DNA of 63,188 nt, counting the filler, from Choristocarpus tenellus KU-1152 (taxonomy: Eukaryota; Protista; Phaeophyceae): NCBI GenBank assembly GCA_964200185.2. It is 11 parts of 11 records of this genome, joined end to end, with 100 filler letters (N's around TTAATTAATTAA, not from the genome) between each part and the next. Parts side by side here need not be neighbours in the genome. Positions count along the whole stretch, not along the records: positions 24,602 to 27,962 come from CAXNAD020020543.1; positions 28,063 to 32,726 come from CAXNAD020013565.1; positions 32,827 to 37,586 come from CAXNAD020013162.1; positions 37,687 to 46,906 come from CAXNAD020003868.1; 7 more parts are not named here. One strand, given 5' to 3'. This document shows, in pieces, positions 26,468-38,735 of this stretch; the stretch's first letter is position 1; each line of letters starts with the position of its first letter. The notes beneath the pieces were generated by a model. That model saw only the letters and a list, made by a program, of their open reading frames with translations. It was not told the DNA's origin and ran no database searches. The position numbers and the translations under genes were made by a program.

Positions 26468-26724
26468 GAGCCAAAGTATCTTAGAGGGTAGGGCCGCGTC
26501 CATTGGGGGCCAAAATCCAATGTTGCGATTTTGATTATAACTTTGGCTATCATATTTGTTAGGAAGTGCCAGTATCCAATTCCGGATCCACCTTTTCATA
26601 ACGTATACATTTTACCTACTCCGAAACATTTTGGAATAGGAAAATATCATTAAGAAAAACATGGGAAGCCAAGCCCAAATGGACAAACAGGGCAAGACTC
26701 GTACCGTCTAAGATACTTTCACTC
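26468..26724 (+). mobile_element. MITE family A, full length, 4-bp TSD GTGT
   Basis: GAGCCAAAGTATC...GATACTTTCACTC with GTGT on both sides; removal rejoins the transposase frame (KDGTLHT-RTPRT). Confidence 0.93.
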
Positions 26725-27627
26725 GTGTATGTAGGGTGCCGTCCTTGGTCACGACTTTCTGTCCAAGAGGAACCTTGTGCTCCGGGGTCGGATCCCTCAA
26801 TGTGTACTGTGTCTTAGTCGCCTTGATTGTCTCAACCACAGATGATGTTCCCGGCATCCATACCCCGTCTAGCTCCAGCCTACGGGCGGCAGACTTCACC
26901 ACAGCCCCGACTCCATCGAACATGGACTTACCGTGGCAGGAGGAGAAGAAGTTGTGTATAACCGAAATCACCATCCGCGCAATAGACTGAGAAACCCACC
27001 ATATCTGCCACCTGTTTTTGAATTGACTTCCACAAACATCAGACCAGATGCGGAAGACATCAAGAGTCTGTCGATATTCCCAGGCCAAAGATATTATGTG
27101 GTTCTTTACAAACATCTCCACAGCGTTCTGAACAAAAACTCGCTGTCCTGGCTTCGGTCCTCACTACACATTAAAGTGCTGTGAGCCCAGATCCTGCCCT
27201 TTCCCAGATTCCCCTCTTTCCTGAGGTCCCAAAACCACTGAACTATTGGAAAGAGCGCTGTCAAGAAAAGATTGAAGAACTCCAGTTGTGTCAATTCTTG
27301 GTGGTTGTGTGGAAGTTGGGAACTGAAGTCGATGGACATAGCAGCGTGGCCTTTTGGGAGGCGGAGTTTGCAGTGTTTGTATTGTCGCACCTGCCAAATG
27401 GTGGTATAGTGATGAAGGAAACTATTCTTGACAAAATGGGCGAAGAGAACCTCAACGAGTTTAGGGAAGTCCTCTGTCCGTGGGAGCAGTACCTGAACGT
27501 GCAGGGAGTAATGGTTGCGTGAGGGTTTTTTGAGAAGTTGTCCCAATGTAATTAATAATTAATTATCAAGATTTTGTTGAGATACAACTCTGTGCAATTT
27601 GAGTTTGGGGGAGAGGATTTCCCCACA

Positions 27628-27898
27628 GAGTCAAAGTATCTTAGAGGGTGAAGCCATGTCCGTTTGGAGGCCAAAATCCAATGTTACGATTTTGATGTAA
27701 TTTTGACTATCAAGTGTGATAGGAAGTTTCAATATCCTTGTTCCAGACACACCTTTTGATAACGTGTACATTTTACCTACTCCGAAACATTTTGGCCTAG
27801 GTAAAGTGTCATTAAGAGTGAAAGTACCTTAGAGGGTACGAGTTTTTTCCTGTTTGTTCATTTGGGACTTGGCTTCCCACGGGGTTTTTATGGCATTT
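27628..27898. mobile_element. Rearranged MITE family A (left part forward, right arm inverted)
   Basis: 27628-27813 is the normal 5' part; 27816-27898 is the reverse complement of the normal 3' arm. Confidence 0.85.
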
Positions 27899-29555
27899 CT
27901 TGTTAAAGTATCCCCAAAATCATCAAAGAACATAAAGGTGATAAACCTGGCGAGATTGCTTGNNNNNNNNNNNNNNNNNNNNNNNNNNNNNNNNNNNNNN
28001 NNNNNNTTAATTAATTAANNNNNNNNNNNNNNNNNNNNNNNNNNNNNNNNNNNNNNNNNNNNGCCCCCTTCGTCACTGATTTCCAGTCACCCCCCCCACC
28101 CTTCAACCCCACACCAGATACCACTCCACAATCATCCAAGAACATCCCTTCATCATCTACTTCACACCGTACCTTTGAGCTTGAAGACATCTACCCCGCC
28201 CCAACTTGACCTCCCCTCCCTTTTTCCCAGCATCCCCATCGGTCGTGAGCAATCGTCATGGTGGGTGGGCAGGAGAGCTTGCTCAGAGGTTGTCTTGTTC
28301 TCACCCTCCTCGTCTTGTGTCCCCAGCCCTCGGCAATCTTTTCAATACTGACCATTCCTTCTTCCCCTGTACCTCCACCTACCACTCATTTCTTTAACTA
28401 CCCTCCTCTTTCTCTTAGCCACTCAAGCACTTAACTATTCGTTCCCTTCTTGCTGAGTATTATTCTTCTCTCTCTCCCCTACCTTCCCCTGTGCCCTCAA
28501 CTAACCAGAATTCTTCCACCCACAAAACTCAGATTACTTCATAAACTTTCCCGTTTTAGGTTTACGTTTACCTCTTCGCCTTGATATTGATGTGTTGGTG
28601 TGTGTGGACTTACCTATTCCTTACGGACCGCCACATGTCAACCCAATTTTAAATGGTCCACAAAAAAAAAATCAATTGCCCTTGGTACCCTTCCATTATG
28701 ATGAGTGATGGTAGTAGAATAGTAAGTAGATGATAGAAAAATGTCTTTTAACATTTAACGCAACTATTAAATTTGTAGGGATTTGAATTATTTTCATTGG
28801 TTTTTCCCCTGATACATCTACGAAATGTCCGACGACATAATAATATATCAGTGATTGTTCTTTTCAAAAATACCGCCGCGCCTTTAGTTGTGCAAGACGT
28901 TACTATCCCTCTCCCTTCAATGGTTCATGAGATGGGGAACCATTTTCTCGTTCGTACTTTTCCTGTCTTCCTACCTGATTTGAGAACACTCTTGCACTTG
29001 CTTTCACGTCATATTGCGCGATCCGACATCTATTAGTGGATGTTTTTGTGTGATCAGCGATGGAGCTGCTTCCTGCGAGAATACTTACTCTGTTGATCAT
29101 GGTTCCAGTCGCGAATATGGTCAGAATATAACTAGAGCTTGAGGGAGAGTTTTTGTCATAGGTTCCATTATAGCGTACTTCAATGGTTCTTTATCCCCCA
29201 TGAGTCTCGTTGGTACATGATACCCAGTCTCTCCTCTGTTGGAGCGGTCTTCAACGACAAACATTGGGGAATATTCCCAACGCTGCCAAAGTTGGGTGTT
29301 CCACAGTGATACAACCCACAAAGCTAGCCATAGCCTTGCCACTGAAGACTTATCGTTTGATCAGATATGCCTCAGCACGATTCTGTAACGGGATATTACT
29401 TGTGTATATAATATACTATACTTCGAAGTGAAAACCTCTTTGGAAAGACATCGCCTACAGGTTATGTGTTAGGGCTCCAACGCGACTGGATTGGAGGGTG
29501 CATGCGTCCACCTTGCTAACAACTCCTGCCCCAACCCCGATATTATCCTTTCTAG

Positions 29556-30755
29556 GTCGAGTCACCTCTCTCCACACGGAATCCCGAACGAGACCTCACA
29601 CAAGCCTCAACAATAGCTCAAATTCCGGAAGGATACTGGCGAACAGATAAGGACTCTGAGGACATCCGTGCCTGTCCCATCCCTGCTCTTTGTCAAGGGG
29701 GCCAAGGTGGTGGGGACACTCTCTGTTTCCGTGGAAATAAGGGTTATTATTGCACGGGGTGTGTGTATGGATATATCGCGTCAACAAGTGGAGTATGCAG
29801 TAAGTGTGACACAACCAGTGTGATCAAGGACGGCACGGTGAAATTCCTTTTTGTTACTACTGTCGCTATCCTGGTCATAATGAGAACAGCAATGTTGCCG
29901 CACTCAGAGGATGACCAAGGGGAACAGTACCATGCGTATAGCCCAGGGCTCTTCTCTGCGGGAGATGGTGCTTGTTGCACATTGCCCACTAACCTCTTAC
30001 CCGTAATGGAGAAGATAGTTCGTGTCAGAGGGAGCGTGGTGACATTGCGAAAGGACTTGCATGACATTGTGCCATCGAAGCATTTTCTTGAGGTGCAGGA
30101 TTTGCTGATGACCACGGAATTTTTTACTTACAGAGCTGATAAGGCACTGCACAGAACACAGGTTCTCTCGAAAAAAAACAAGAAGGAGAATGTGTTAACA
30201 ACTTCGAATTTGCTCAGTGAGGAGCTAAATCACTTGTCCGAAGTCCTTGCTGAACTTGGAGAGGCAACTGACAACACACTCGTGAAGCAGCTGAGGTAGA
30301 TGATGATTAATCAAGCAGTCGTTCAGAGCAAGTGCTTAATCGGTTTGAAAGTCATGGGCAGTGTCCCCGAAATTCTCCGCTGGCTTCCAACACACATTAT
30401 AGCGCCCAGTAGCTGTACAACGGGAATCACTTGCCAGAATGTTGCAAGTTCTTTTGCCTGTCTCCTTTCTTGGATATTCTTCCCGGAATATCGATGAAGA
30501 ATTATTCAAAACACCTGCTTGCTGCTCAATCTTTGTGCTGCGTTTCTCAGGTTGATCTTGGCAGCAGCAATGAGCCTTGATCCCTCCACACACCTCCCAT
30601 ACGTTCCCGTCAATGGCCCAGAAAGTGTGTTCAAGGTGGTCATATCCTTCTCTCAACTCTTGGCTTTGATGCCAATAATCAATGTACTTCGATTTCCAGG
30701 CAATTTCATGGGACTGCTTGGCACCCTTGACATCTTCAACTTATCACTGGCCAAG
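29556..30755 (+). CDS. Two internal exons (29556-30295, 30551-30755) of a GYWR/Cys-rich multi-pass membrane protein (stramenopile polymorphic-membrane/adhesin-like family)
   Basis: Acceptor TTTCTAG|, open frame ...IPEGYWRTDKDSEDIRACPIPALCQGG...LCFRGNKGYYCTGCVYGY...CSKC then a hydrophobic segment; phase-2 GT-AG intron 30296-30550 removes both in-frame stops; next exon FKVVISFSQLLALMP...FPGNFMGLLGTLDIFNLSLAK|GTGAG. Confidence 0.8.
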
Positions 30756-30926
30756 GTGAGCATGTTTTGAGGATCATACTAGGATCTAGGCAGGATTACA
30801 GAATCGGCAGTGAGCATACAACCCCATGCCAACATGGGATGGGATAGAATACCTCACCCTCGGTCAATTCTCATAGAAAGGTTTCAGATTTTCAATTCAA
30901 ATCTTGTTCGTTTCAAGTGCATAGTT

Positions 30927-30985
30927 GGGAAAAAAAATGACCCCAAATGGACAGCCGCCACCCCCCCCCCCAGATACTTTGAGCC
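30927..30985 (-). mobile_element. MITE family B terminal fragment
   Basis: CCCCAAATGGACAGCCGCCACCCC...CAGATACTTTGAGCC. Other B fragments at 32827-32869, 37568-37586, 54131-54248, 60505-60541. Confidence 0.8.
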
Positions 30986-31148
30986 ACTTCATCAACGTAT
31001 ATAGGGGTGAATCATAGGAGATTGTTAAAAAAAGGTTGCTTAAAACGCAAAATGTCCAAAACCTGGATCTCGCTTTGCTCTGCCTCTATACATACATGCA
31101 AGTTTTCGATGTTCCCCTCGTGCTCAAGTACAAATTAGGATTCATTGT

Positions 31149-31406
31149 GTGTTAAAGTATCTTAGAGGGTACGAGTTTTGCCCTCTTTGTCCGTTTGGGG
31201 GTTGGCTCCCAACGGGTTTTTTATGACATTTTCCTACTCCAAAATGTTTCGGAGTAGGTTACGTGTATATGTTATGAAAAGGTGTGTCCGGAGCAAGGAT
31301 ATTGACACTTCATAACAAACACGATAGCCAAAATTCAATCAAAATTGCAACATTGGATTTCGGTCCCCAAATGGACACGGCTCTACCCTCTAAGACACTT
31401 TGACTG
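31149..31406 (-). mobile_element. MITE family A, full length, reverse orientation
   Basis: Reverse complement of the A consensus; terminal bases mutated. Confidence 0.88.
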
Positions 31407-31867
31407 CATGTATGTCTCTTACCTACCCCCACCGTTTAGTTCTTGTTCTACTCTCATCTCATGGTTGGGGTCAGCATACCAACAGAGTCTTCCTCTCCGC
31501 AGTTCATATTCTCATTATCAACCTCAAGGACATCCTCCAATACGATCACACGTGAAATGTTGTACATACGGCTTTTTTCAATCAACCACTTACATTCACT
31601 AACCGTTTCAAGATCTGATCCAGCCCCCCCCCTCACTGCTGGCATAACGTTTCTTCCCAACTGTTGTCATACTCTAGTGGCGGGAAGTAAAGGCTTGTGA
31701 TTTGCACTCGTTTCTTCTTTGCTCTATACTTAGGGGAACATTTTGTTGTTGCCTCTTGAAGAGGACTGACCTAGGTTTGTTCCATAGCATACTGAGGGAT
31801 AGGTTGTTTTCCTGGAGTAGCATACCTCGTTCTACCCATGAGGTGTTGATGCCTTATACCCTGGGAT

Positions 31868-32178
31868 GAATGAAGTATCTTAGAGGGTACGAGTTTTGCC
31901 CTGTTTGTCTGTTTGTGGCTTGAACTCCCATGTTTGTTTGTTTTTTACATTTTGCCTATTCTGAAACATTTCGGAGTAGGCAAAATGTATACGTTATGAA
32001 GAAGTGTGTCTGCGGAAGAAGGATATTGATACTTCCTAACGAACACGATAGCCAAAATTACATCAAAATTATGCACTTCCTAACAAAAACACAATAGCCA
32101 AAATCTCATCAAGATCGTAACATTGGATTTTAGCCCCCCCAAACGGATGCGGCTTTACCCTCTAAGATACTTTGAATC
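31868..32178 (-). mobile_element. MITE family A, reverse orientation, with an internal tandem duplication of about 45 bp
   Basis: ACTTCCTAAC..ACAC.ATAGCCAAAAT..CATCAA occurs twice (about 32031 and 32075); flanks GAT/GAT. Confidence 0.88.
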
Positions 32179-32989
32179 GATAGTTAAGACATTCCACTAT
32201 CTTGGCGGGAGTGTCCCATTGCACTTCTACTGTATTTTTAATAAACCACCTTTCTGTGCAGTAGCAGCACATGTGTACAATTGTCCCCAGCTACTGTATC
32301 TGACCTGGTGAAGTCACGGCTTATTTTAGAAGCACTGCAGGGGCGGGGGGGGGAGGGGGTATCTTCTTGTATTGTAGGCAGAGTGGGGAAGGTGCTCTAC
32401 GCCAAGTGGAAAAAGTATGGATAATAACCTGTAAAGAATGCAAGAGTGGTTTTCCTTGTGGGGCATATACGCCAGCAAGGGGGTGCTTAGTGGTGGTGTG
32501 GTTATGTTAGGAAGTTTGTAATGTATATTACTACATTTTATGCCCACTGACATTTTGCAGGCGTCATCATGAGGGGGAGGGATATACACAACAGATTCTA
32601 TAGACTCAAAGTATCTGTGGGGGGGGGGGGGGGGGGGGGGGGGGGGTTTACGGATGTCGGAGAAGCCGTTTTGCTGCCATGTCCTCCCAGACATCTCTCC
32701 CGGTTCCTCGCCTTCTCAAAAAAAAANNNNNNNNNNNNNNNNNNNNNNNNNNNNNNNNNNNNNNNNNNNNTTAATTAATTAANNNNNNNNNNNNNNNNNN
32801 NNNNNNNNNNNNNNNNNNNNNNNNNNCCCAAATGGACATCCGCCACCCCCTCCCCAGATACTCTGAGCCTGACATTGAGGCTACAAAATGAAGAGTTTAT
32901 TTGAGAGCAGAAACACGGCAGGAGGGTAACATGAACAAACTGTGGAGATGCGTGAGTAGGGTGGATATTCCCTCACCCGTTTTTCCAAT

Positions 32990-33170
32990 GACCCAAAGTA
33001 TCTGGGGGGAGGGGAGGGCTACACCAGGGTGTCCATTTGGGGCAAAATCAGGAAAAGCGCACTTACATTATACATCCGACGTACCCAACCAAATCACCCC
33101 AAAATCGCGACATCATGAAAAAAATGACCCCAAATGGACAGTCACCACTCCCCCCCAGATACTTTGAGTC
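32990..33170 (-). mobile_element. MITE family B, full length
   Basis: GACCCAAAGTATCTGGGG...CCCCAGATACTTTGAGTC; flanks AAT/AAT. Confidence 0.92.
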
Positions 33171-33188
33171 AATGTTACATACAACAAA

Positions 33189-34690
33189 TTATCCCCGAAG
33201 TCTATTTTCTTTCACCTCCTGGTGCTTTCCCCCCTGTCTAGATTCTATACCCTGTGGTTTTATGGCCAGCTCAGAAATGTTGTGCTGAGTGTTGTTGCTT
33301 GGCAGACACTCCTCCTCAAACCCTCTGGTAAGAGTTTCGACGTCTTGACTGCGAAGTGTTGGGGTATCTTCTTGCGACAGACTTTTTCGTTTTCCCCTTT
33401 TCTTGAGAAAGTTCGTTTTCAAGCAAGTTCATCCTCATTTTAACCTTCGTGAGTCAGGGAAAGAGGTGGACGGCATGTTCGTTTGCATCTTTAAGGATTT
33501 GTGCACTTCTTGTTTTGGGGATTGGTGCTGTGCCGTTGTTAGAGAGGCAAACTTAGGGGGTTTGAGATGTAGTCGGTAGGTTTCAGCATCAGACGTTTCA
33601 TACATCTGGAGCATGACATAGATCACCTGTCGTACTGGTACATCTCTGCTGACTATCTCCTTTGATAGTACCATTTCTTCGTTCCTGCACAACTAAATAT
33701 CTGAAGGTTTTTTTTTAATGTTGCTCACCTCTGGCTTTGTAGCAGTGACCAGTGTGAAGGGATATTGCACTGTATAACTGTATAAAAGAATATCTATGGT
33801 ATTCTTGTGCAATGTTATTTCGGTATCTTTTACTCCGCTTACAAGTTCCCTCTAGTCCTACCTCAGCCCACGAATTTGGGTCTGTTCCAGCTCCCAGGTC
33901 CTGTTCGTAAGTCATATATAGAGGTCACCATGCCAACACAGACAGCCCCAAAACACTCACCCTAATAATTACACTAGACACAGGAAAGAGTGAACGTCAA
34001 GACTCAAAGATTCAACTATTTGGAACAGCAAGCTTCTGCTTGTAGTTCTGTGTCCAGCATTTGCATACCTGGTGCTTCCTCCCAGTATGCACCCCGGGAT
34101 TTCCTCTTGAATCTTTGCAGGATGAGGGTGGAACCCTGGTTCAGTGCCTCACTTCCACTCAAGCCACAGGTTTTTTCCCGGGTTGTGGGATTATCCATTT
34201 TGTTGCGACGGGACTCCCCATGTATCTTGTCCTCCATTCTGCTGACAGAGTGAGGCAATGTGTTCTGCACACAACAACAATTTCAACACACGGTCTATAA
34301 GTATTTCTCTTCTGCTGATGTCCTTCCCTTCTAGACTCTTCATCTTGCAGGCTCATTGTCAGCCCTGAGATCTCGCACTAGGTGATATATATTGGCAGGC
34401 AGTCCTAAACTGACGAGGGTGTGCAATCCATTGCTTCCATGTTCTTGGGTGACCTGTGACGGGAGAACTTTCTTGTCTTCCCTCTTTCCTACATATGTAT
34501 CGTTTTCAGCGATGTATAGATAGATCAAAATGAGTGAAGGCAGAAGCAAAGTTTTTTTGCCCACAAAAAAAGCCTGGAGGTGTTTCATCAGCACACTAAA
34601 TTGAGGGAGGAGGAGAAGACTTGACAGGAACCGTGAGTTGATATTATGAGAAGGGGATACCCATTTCAGATCAGCTACAGGAAGCAAGAA
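33189..34690 (-). other. Possible decayed or spliced gene for a charged, low-complexity protein
   Basis: Several consecutive minus-strand ORFs with K/E/S-rich content and GTGAG donor-like sites near 33728 and 33960; no recognisable domain. Confidence 0.25.
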
Positions 34691-35943
34691 TACTGAACAG
34701 TGAGGACCAGGTTCGTCAATGTCAAACCCTTTGTTGTTCAGACTCTTATTGGGCTAATGGAAGAGTCATATTGAGTTAAATCAGTGCCAGGTTATTGCTG
34801 GCAGGACGAAGTGTTTGTTCTTTTGAAAGAAAGGCGACCACTCCCCAACTGTTCTTATGAATATTGGTTAAGCTATATACTGGGGTGGGGAGGAGAGAGA
34901 GCAATAAATTGTGTGCTCCCTTTGCACTTGGGTATGATGATTGGAGATTGCCTGAGTAATCCAACTGTGGATGGGGGATCCTCAGCAGTTCATCGCCACT
35001 CTGTCCCCCCCCCTCTCTCTCGTACAGAAATAGTTGGAGAGTAGAGTCTGCTAGTGATTGCACTCCAACCTGTCATTCCCAGAGCATGTTCTTTTTGTCG
35101 ACCAAGGTGCGTCCAAATTGATTGAACCGCATACTGAAAGGAAAACCAATCCTTCACTCACTCTCCCTCTCTTGGCCCTGGTGAAAAATCCCACTGCCGA
35201 CCTGGAAGCAGGGCGTACACTTCAAGCAGCGCCCAAGGTGAGGATCACAACAGCATAACAAATATTGGGTTCAGTAGAAGGGTGGAAATGCGCCTGGTGT
35301 CAATCAAGCCTTGGTATTCCTGAGAGCTTTGAATTAGACGTACCTTGGGATGGAGGGAGGTGAGCCAAAATATACACTTCGAACTGTATTTTTTCAGAAT
35401 CTGCATGAATTATACATTGCAAACCTCATTGAGCGCCACAAGCATCGAGCTTCACAACATATACGTATGAAATTTATCGATATGAAGCATTTGGGGAGCT
35501 TCAAATATATCCGAACAGTGGGATTATTGTGGAGGTTCAATGGACACAAAGATACTGCTTAGTATCAGTTTCTAGGTGGGGCTCTAAATCATCCCAGTCA
35601 CCACGCCTTCGAGCAGGAGATACTTCTCCAGCAAGTAGAAACACCAATAGGAGATAGTATTGCATTGAGTCGAACTCCATTACACGTATACAAAGGGATA
35701 GGAGTTGTTTAAGGAGAACACCTTGTCATATAGCACACTAGTGCCCTGAGCATCTCATGCTTGAGGGCTTTGAACCATAACTTCTGTTGCTGGAGTTGTG
35801 TGTGCTGCAGACTTAAATATTTAGCTGTTTTAGTCTCAGTATCGTCTCACCCCTTGCTTGTTAAAAGCAAAGCATTAATTTTACACTCCTCCGCCAACTT
35901 ACTGGGCTATCCCTGCCTACAACCTGGCTGACTTGTGTTCAAC

Positions 35944-36199
35944 GAGTCAAAGTATCTTAGAGGGTAGGACCGTGTCCGTTTGGGGACCAAAATCCAATTT
36001 TGTGATTTCGATGTAATTTTGGCTATCATGGTTGTTAGGAAGTGTCAATATCCTTGTTCCAGACTCACCTTTTCATTACGTATACATTACCTGCTCCGAA
36101 ATATTACGGAGCAGGTAAAATGTCATAGAAAAACGTGGGAAGCCAAGCCCCAAATGAACAAACAGGGAAAAACTCGTACCCTCTAAGATACTTTCACTC
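35944..36199 (+). mobile_element. MITE family A, full length, 4-bp TSD CAAC
   Basis: GAGTCAAAGTATC...GATACTTTCACTC with CAAC on both sides. Confidence 0.93.
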
Positions 36200-37092
36200 C
36201 AACATCAACTCACATTCTGCTGTAAGGTGATCTAATTTAGGCGCTGTCAGTGATACTGGGGGAAGAGGTACTCAAAAAGCTAGGTACTTGATCCTTGATC
36301 ATGATATAACAGCCGATTTTAATAATTGAGGATGGAGCGTACCGTTGAGGATGGGCCTCTTTGAACATGGCAGTGAATACCTTATTCCCCAGGACAGCAA
36401 CATATAAGTGTACAGGGAGGAGAGGAATAGTATAGAGCGGGGAAGTCACCTGGCAACTATATTGTCTGCCCTGGTGGAAGTAGTAGCTCAATGTAAACTG
36501 ACTGTCTTCTCATCCCCATACATTTGAGTGTTCAAGTGCTGGGGAATAACGTCTTCGCTGTCCTCTTGAAAGGGGAGCTTGAGGGTCTGGTCCCCGTATA
36601 AAGCAGATAGTCAGACCATCCGCGATGTAAGTCCCGAAGGCAAGGAGCAAGGAACCTCCTTCTCAATGAGGAAAATTTGAAAGGAATCCATCCAGTGGAA
36701 TTTGCAAGGGGAATGAACGATTCTTTGGTGCTGTGCAAGAACAGAAATGTATACTCCTTCGACAGAAAGATGAGGGTGTGTGTGCCAATTGTACCAATTG
36801 TGGGTTGCGAGAGAGATGTTCCACCCCTTTCTGAGTCAAAATAATCGAGAGCTACCAAAGGTCGCATTTTAAAGACGCTGACAAAAATCGCATAAAATCT
36901 TTCTTTTTGTACAAACGTGTACATTAATTTTTCAAATTCTGTCGAAAATCTTCGAAAAATAGATAAACCAACACTATGAAGTATATATTAACACTTCATC
37001 CATAGAAATAAGGGTGAATAGAAAGATGTGAAAAACGTTGGCTTGAAATGCAAAACGGCCAAAATCTGGATACCTCTCGTTTACTTTGACTC

Positions 37093-37254
37093 TCTTCTTC
37101 ACTCCACAGTTTCAGTCACCCCTATCTAGGCATAGTCCTCTCTTCCAAAGAAGTTGGTTCATTGATTAGGTACCGTGTGTGACTGAGCCAATCAAGTCCT
37201 TTGGGAGAGGGGACTATGCCCAGCTGGGGTGATAGAGACCATCTGAGAAGAAGA
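37093..37254. repeat. Long imperfect inverted repeat (hairpin of about 160 nt)
   Basis: 37116-37150 pairs with 37199-37232; outer TCTTCTTC/GAAGAAGA; inner TTGGTTCA/TGAGCCAA. Confidence 0.85.
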
Positions 37255-38531
37255 CTGATGGGGGAGCACCATCTATCGCCCCACCAAATTGCATCCCCAC
37301 TCTAATGCCATCCTTCTCTCTGAACACATTTTAACCAACCCCCCCCCCCCAAGTGAACTTTGCAACCAACCTCCCTGCTTGACCAAGAAGCTGTGAACTA
37401 GATACGGTAACACAAGGGTTAGGCTCTGTGTAGGAGTTCGCGATAGTTTGAGGTTGTTGAGTATATTGTGTTGGGCAAGATTTCTTCACAAAGCATAATG
37501 CATTGCCATTTGAGCTACTTGGAAAAGATAATATTGAACATAGAGGGGACACCTACTACCAAAATCAGACCCAAAGTATCTTGGGGNNNNNNNNNNNNNN
37601 NNNNNNNNNNNNNNNNNNNNNNNNNNNNNNTTAATTAATTAANNNNNNNNNNNNNNNNNNNNNNNNNNNNNNNNNNNNNNNNNNNNCAAATCTGACAAGT
37701 GCGACCAAATCACACCAAAAAGTGGAATCGAAAAAGAGTGAAAAACGGACGCCGGCACCCCCCCCCTCTTCCCAGATACTTTGGGTCCTCTTTATATGCA
37801 AAACATATCCCACTGATGCAACCAAACAAACCAATATCCAGCCCTGGAACAACCTAACCCATATCTCTTATTCTTCATCGTAACTGCACGACCAACGTAC
37901 ATAAACCAATAAACCTGTTCGAACAGACTCGAAATCCAACACATGCATACGTCGAAACTCCTAACCAAACCCAAATAAATGGTGGCATGTATTCCCATTC
38001 CTCTTGCATACGTATGGACGGAAAGGAATCTAACCAACAATCTTCTTTTTTTTGCTGACATTTCAAATCTGACAAGTGCGACCAAATCACACCAAAAAGT
38101 GGAATCGAAAAAGAGTGAAAAACGGACGCCGGCACCCCCCCCAGATACTTTGACACCCCCAAAAAAATTGCTAATGGAGTGGTGACAAGGTAGATAGGTA
38201 CTGATTACTCTCATAGACAAGACTAGCTCAACTCGTTCTGATCATCATTGCTTCAACACTGTCTTGTCACTCACATTGCCTTTTCTCTGTGATGAGTGGG
38301 AAGATACCTGTTGTGTCCTGTATGCAATATAGAATTGTAGTAGAATTGATCGAAATTATTAGTTTGTATATTATTCTCTTATGAATTATCTATTGAGAAA
38401 TATGAGCCACGCATATACGTACACACAGGTCCTTTACCACAACAGGGGCTATCAGCACTAATGAGGGTGGAAGGTGACACGTTTTAGCTAGTGACAGTCC
38501 TTAGAGCGGATGACGGGAGAGGCAGCGCTTC

Positions 38532-38735
38532 AATGACCCACTCGAGTTATAGCTAGGGAGGGCTTCATCCCTTCCACGCTTGACAAAATTTGCCAGTCGT
38601 GTTCTGGTCATTCCTGCATCTTTAGTGGACTTGGAGTGTATTTTCAGGTCGTGTGGAAAATTGGTTCAACAGGCAAAAGAAATTATCTCACAGGTCGACA
38701 GTGGGCATCACTTTGTCTTCCTTCACACCATCTGA
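38532..38735 (+). pseudogene. hAT transposase C-terminal dimerisation domain remnant
   Basis: NDPLEL*LGRASSLPRLTKFASRVLVIPASLVDLECIFRSCGKLV...FVFLH follows the hAT pattern DPL.WW...P.L...A..VL.IPASS...ER.FS..G. Confidence 0.8.

Larger units (their letters stand above)
25200..27546 (-). pseudogene. Sola2-type DDD transposase remnant, interrupted by two family A MITEs
   Basis: Motifs in order: SIDFS..LPHNHQELTQ (D at 27330), frameshift near 27110, IWSDVCGSQFKN (D at 27040), HNFFSSCHGKSMFDGVGAVVK (D at 26917). This matches my recollection of the Sola2 pattern DF.ENY / SDG...Q(Y/F)KN / HGK...DG.G...K. Likely C-terminal part VLNFSGIKSTNRFF...LMYSEMSCH at about 25500-25640. Confidence 0.8.

Noticed and set aside
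29383-29656. TGTAACGG start plus TGGCGAACAGATAAGGAC read as LTR and PBS
   Set aside because: The apparent PBS is the W-R-T-D-K-D part of the GYWR motif in an open exon, and no CA-ending LTR precedes it.
30297-30497. Three same-frame ORFs separated by TAG and TGA (readthrough, alternative code or pseudogene)
   Set aside because: Both stops lie in a 255-nt phase-2 GT-AG intron (30296-30550).
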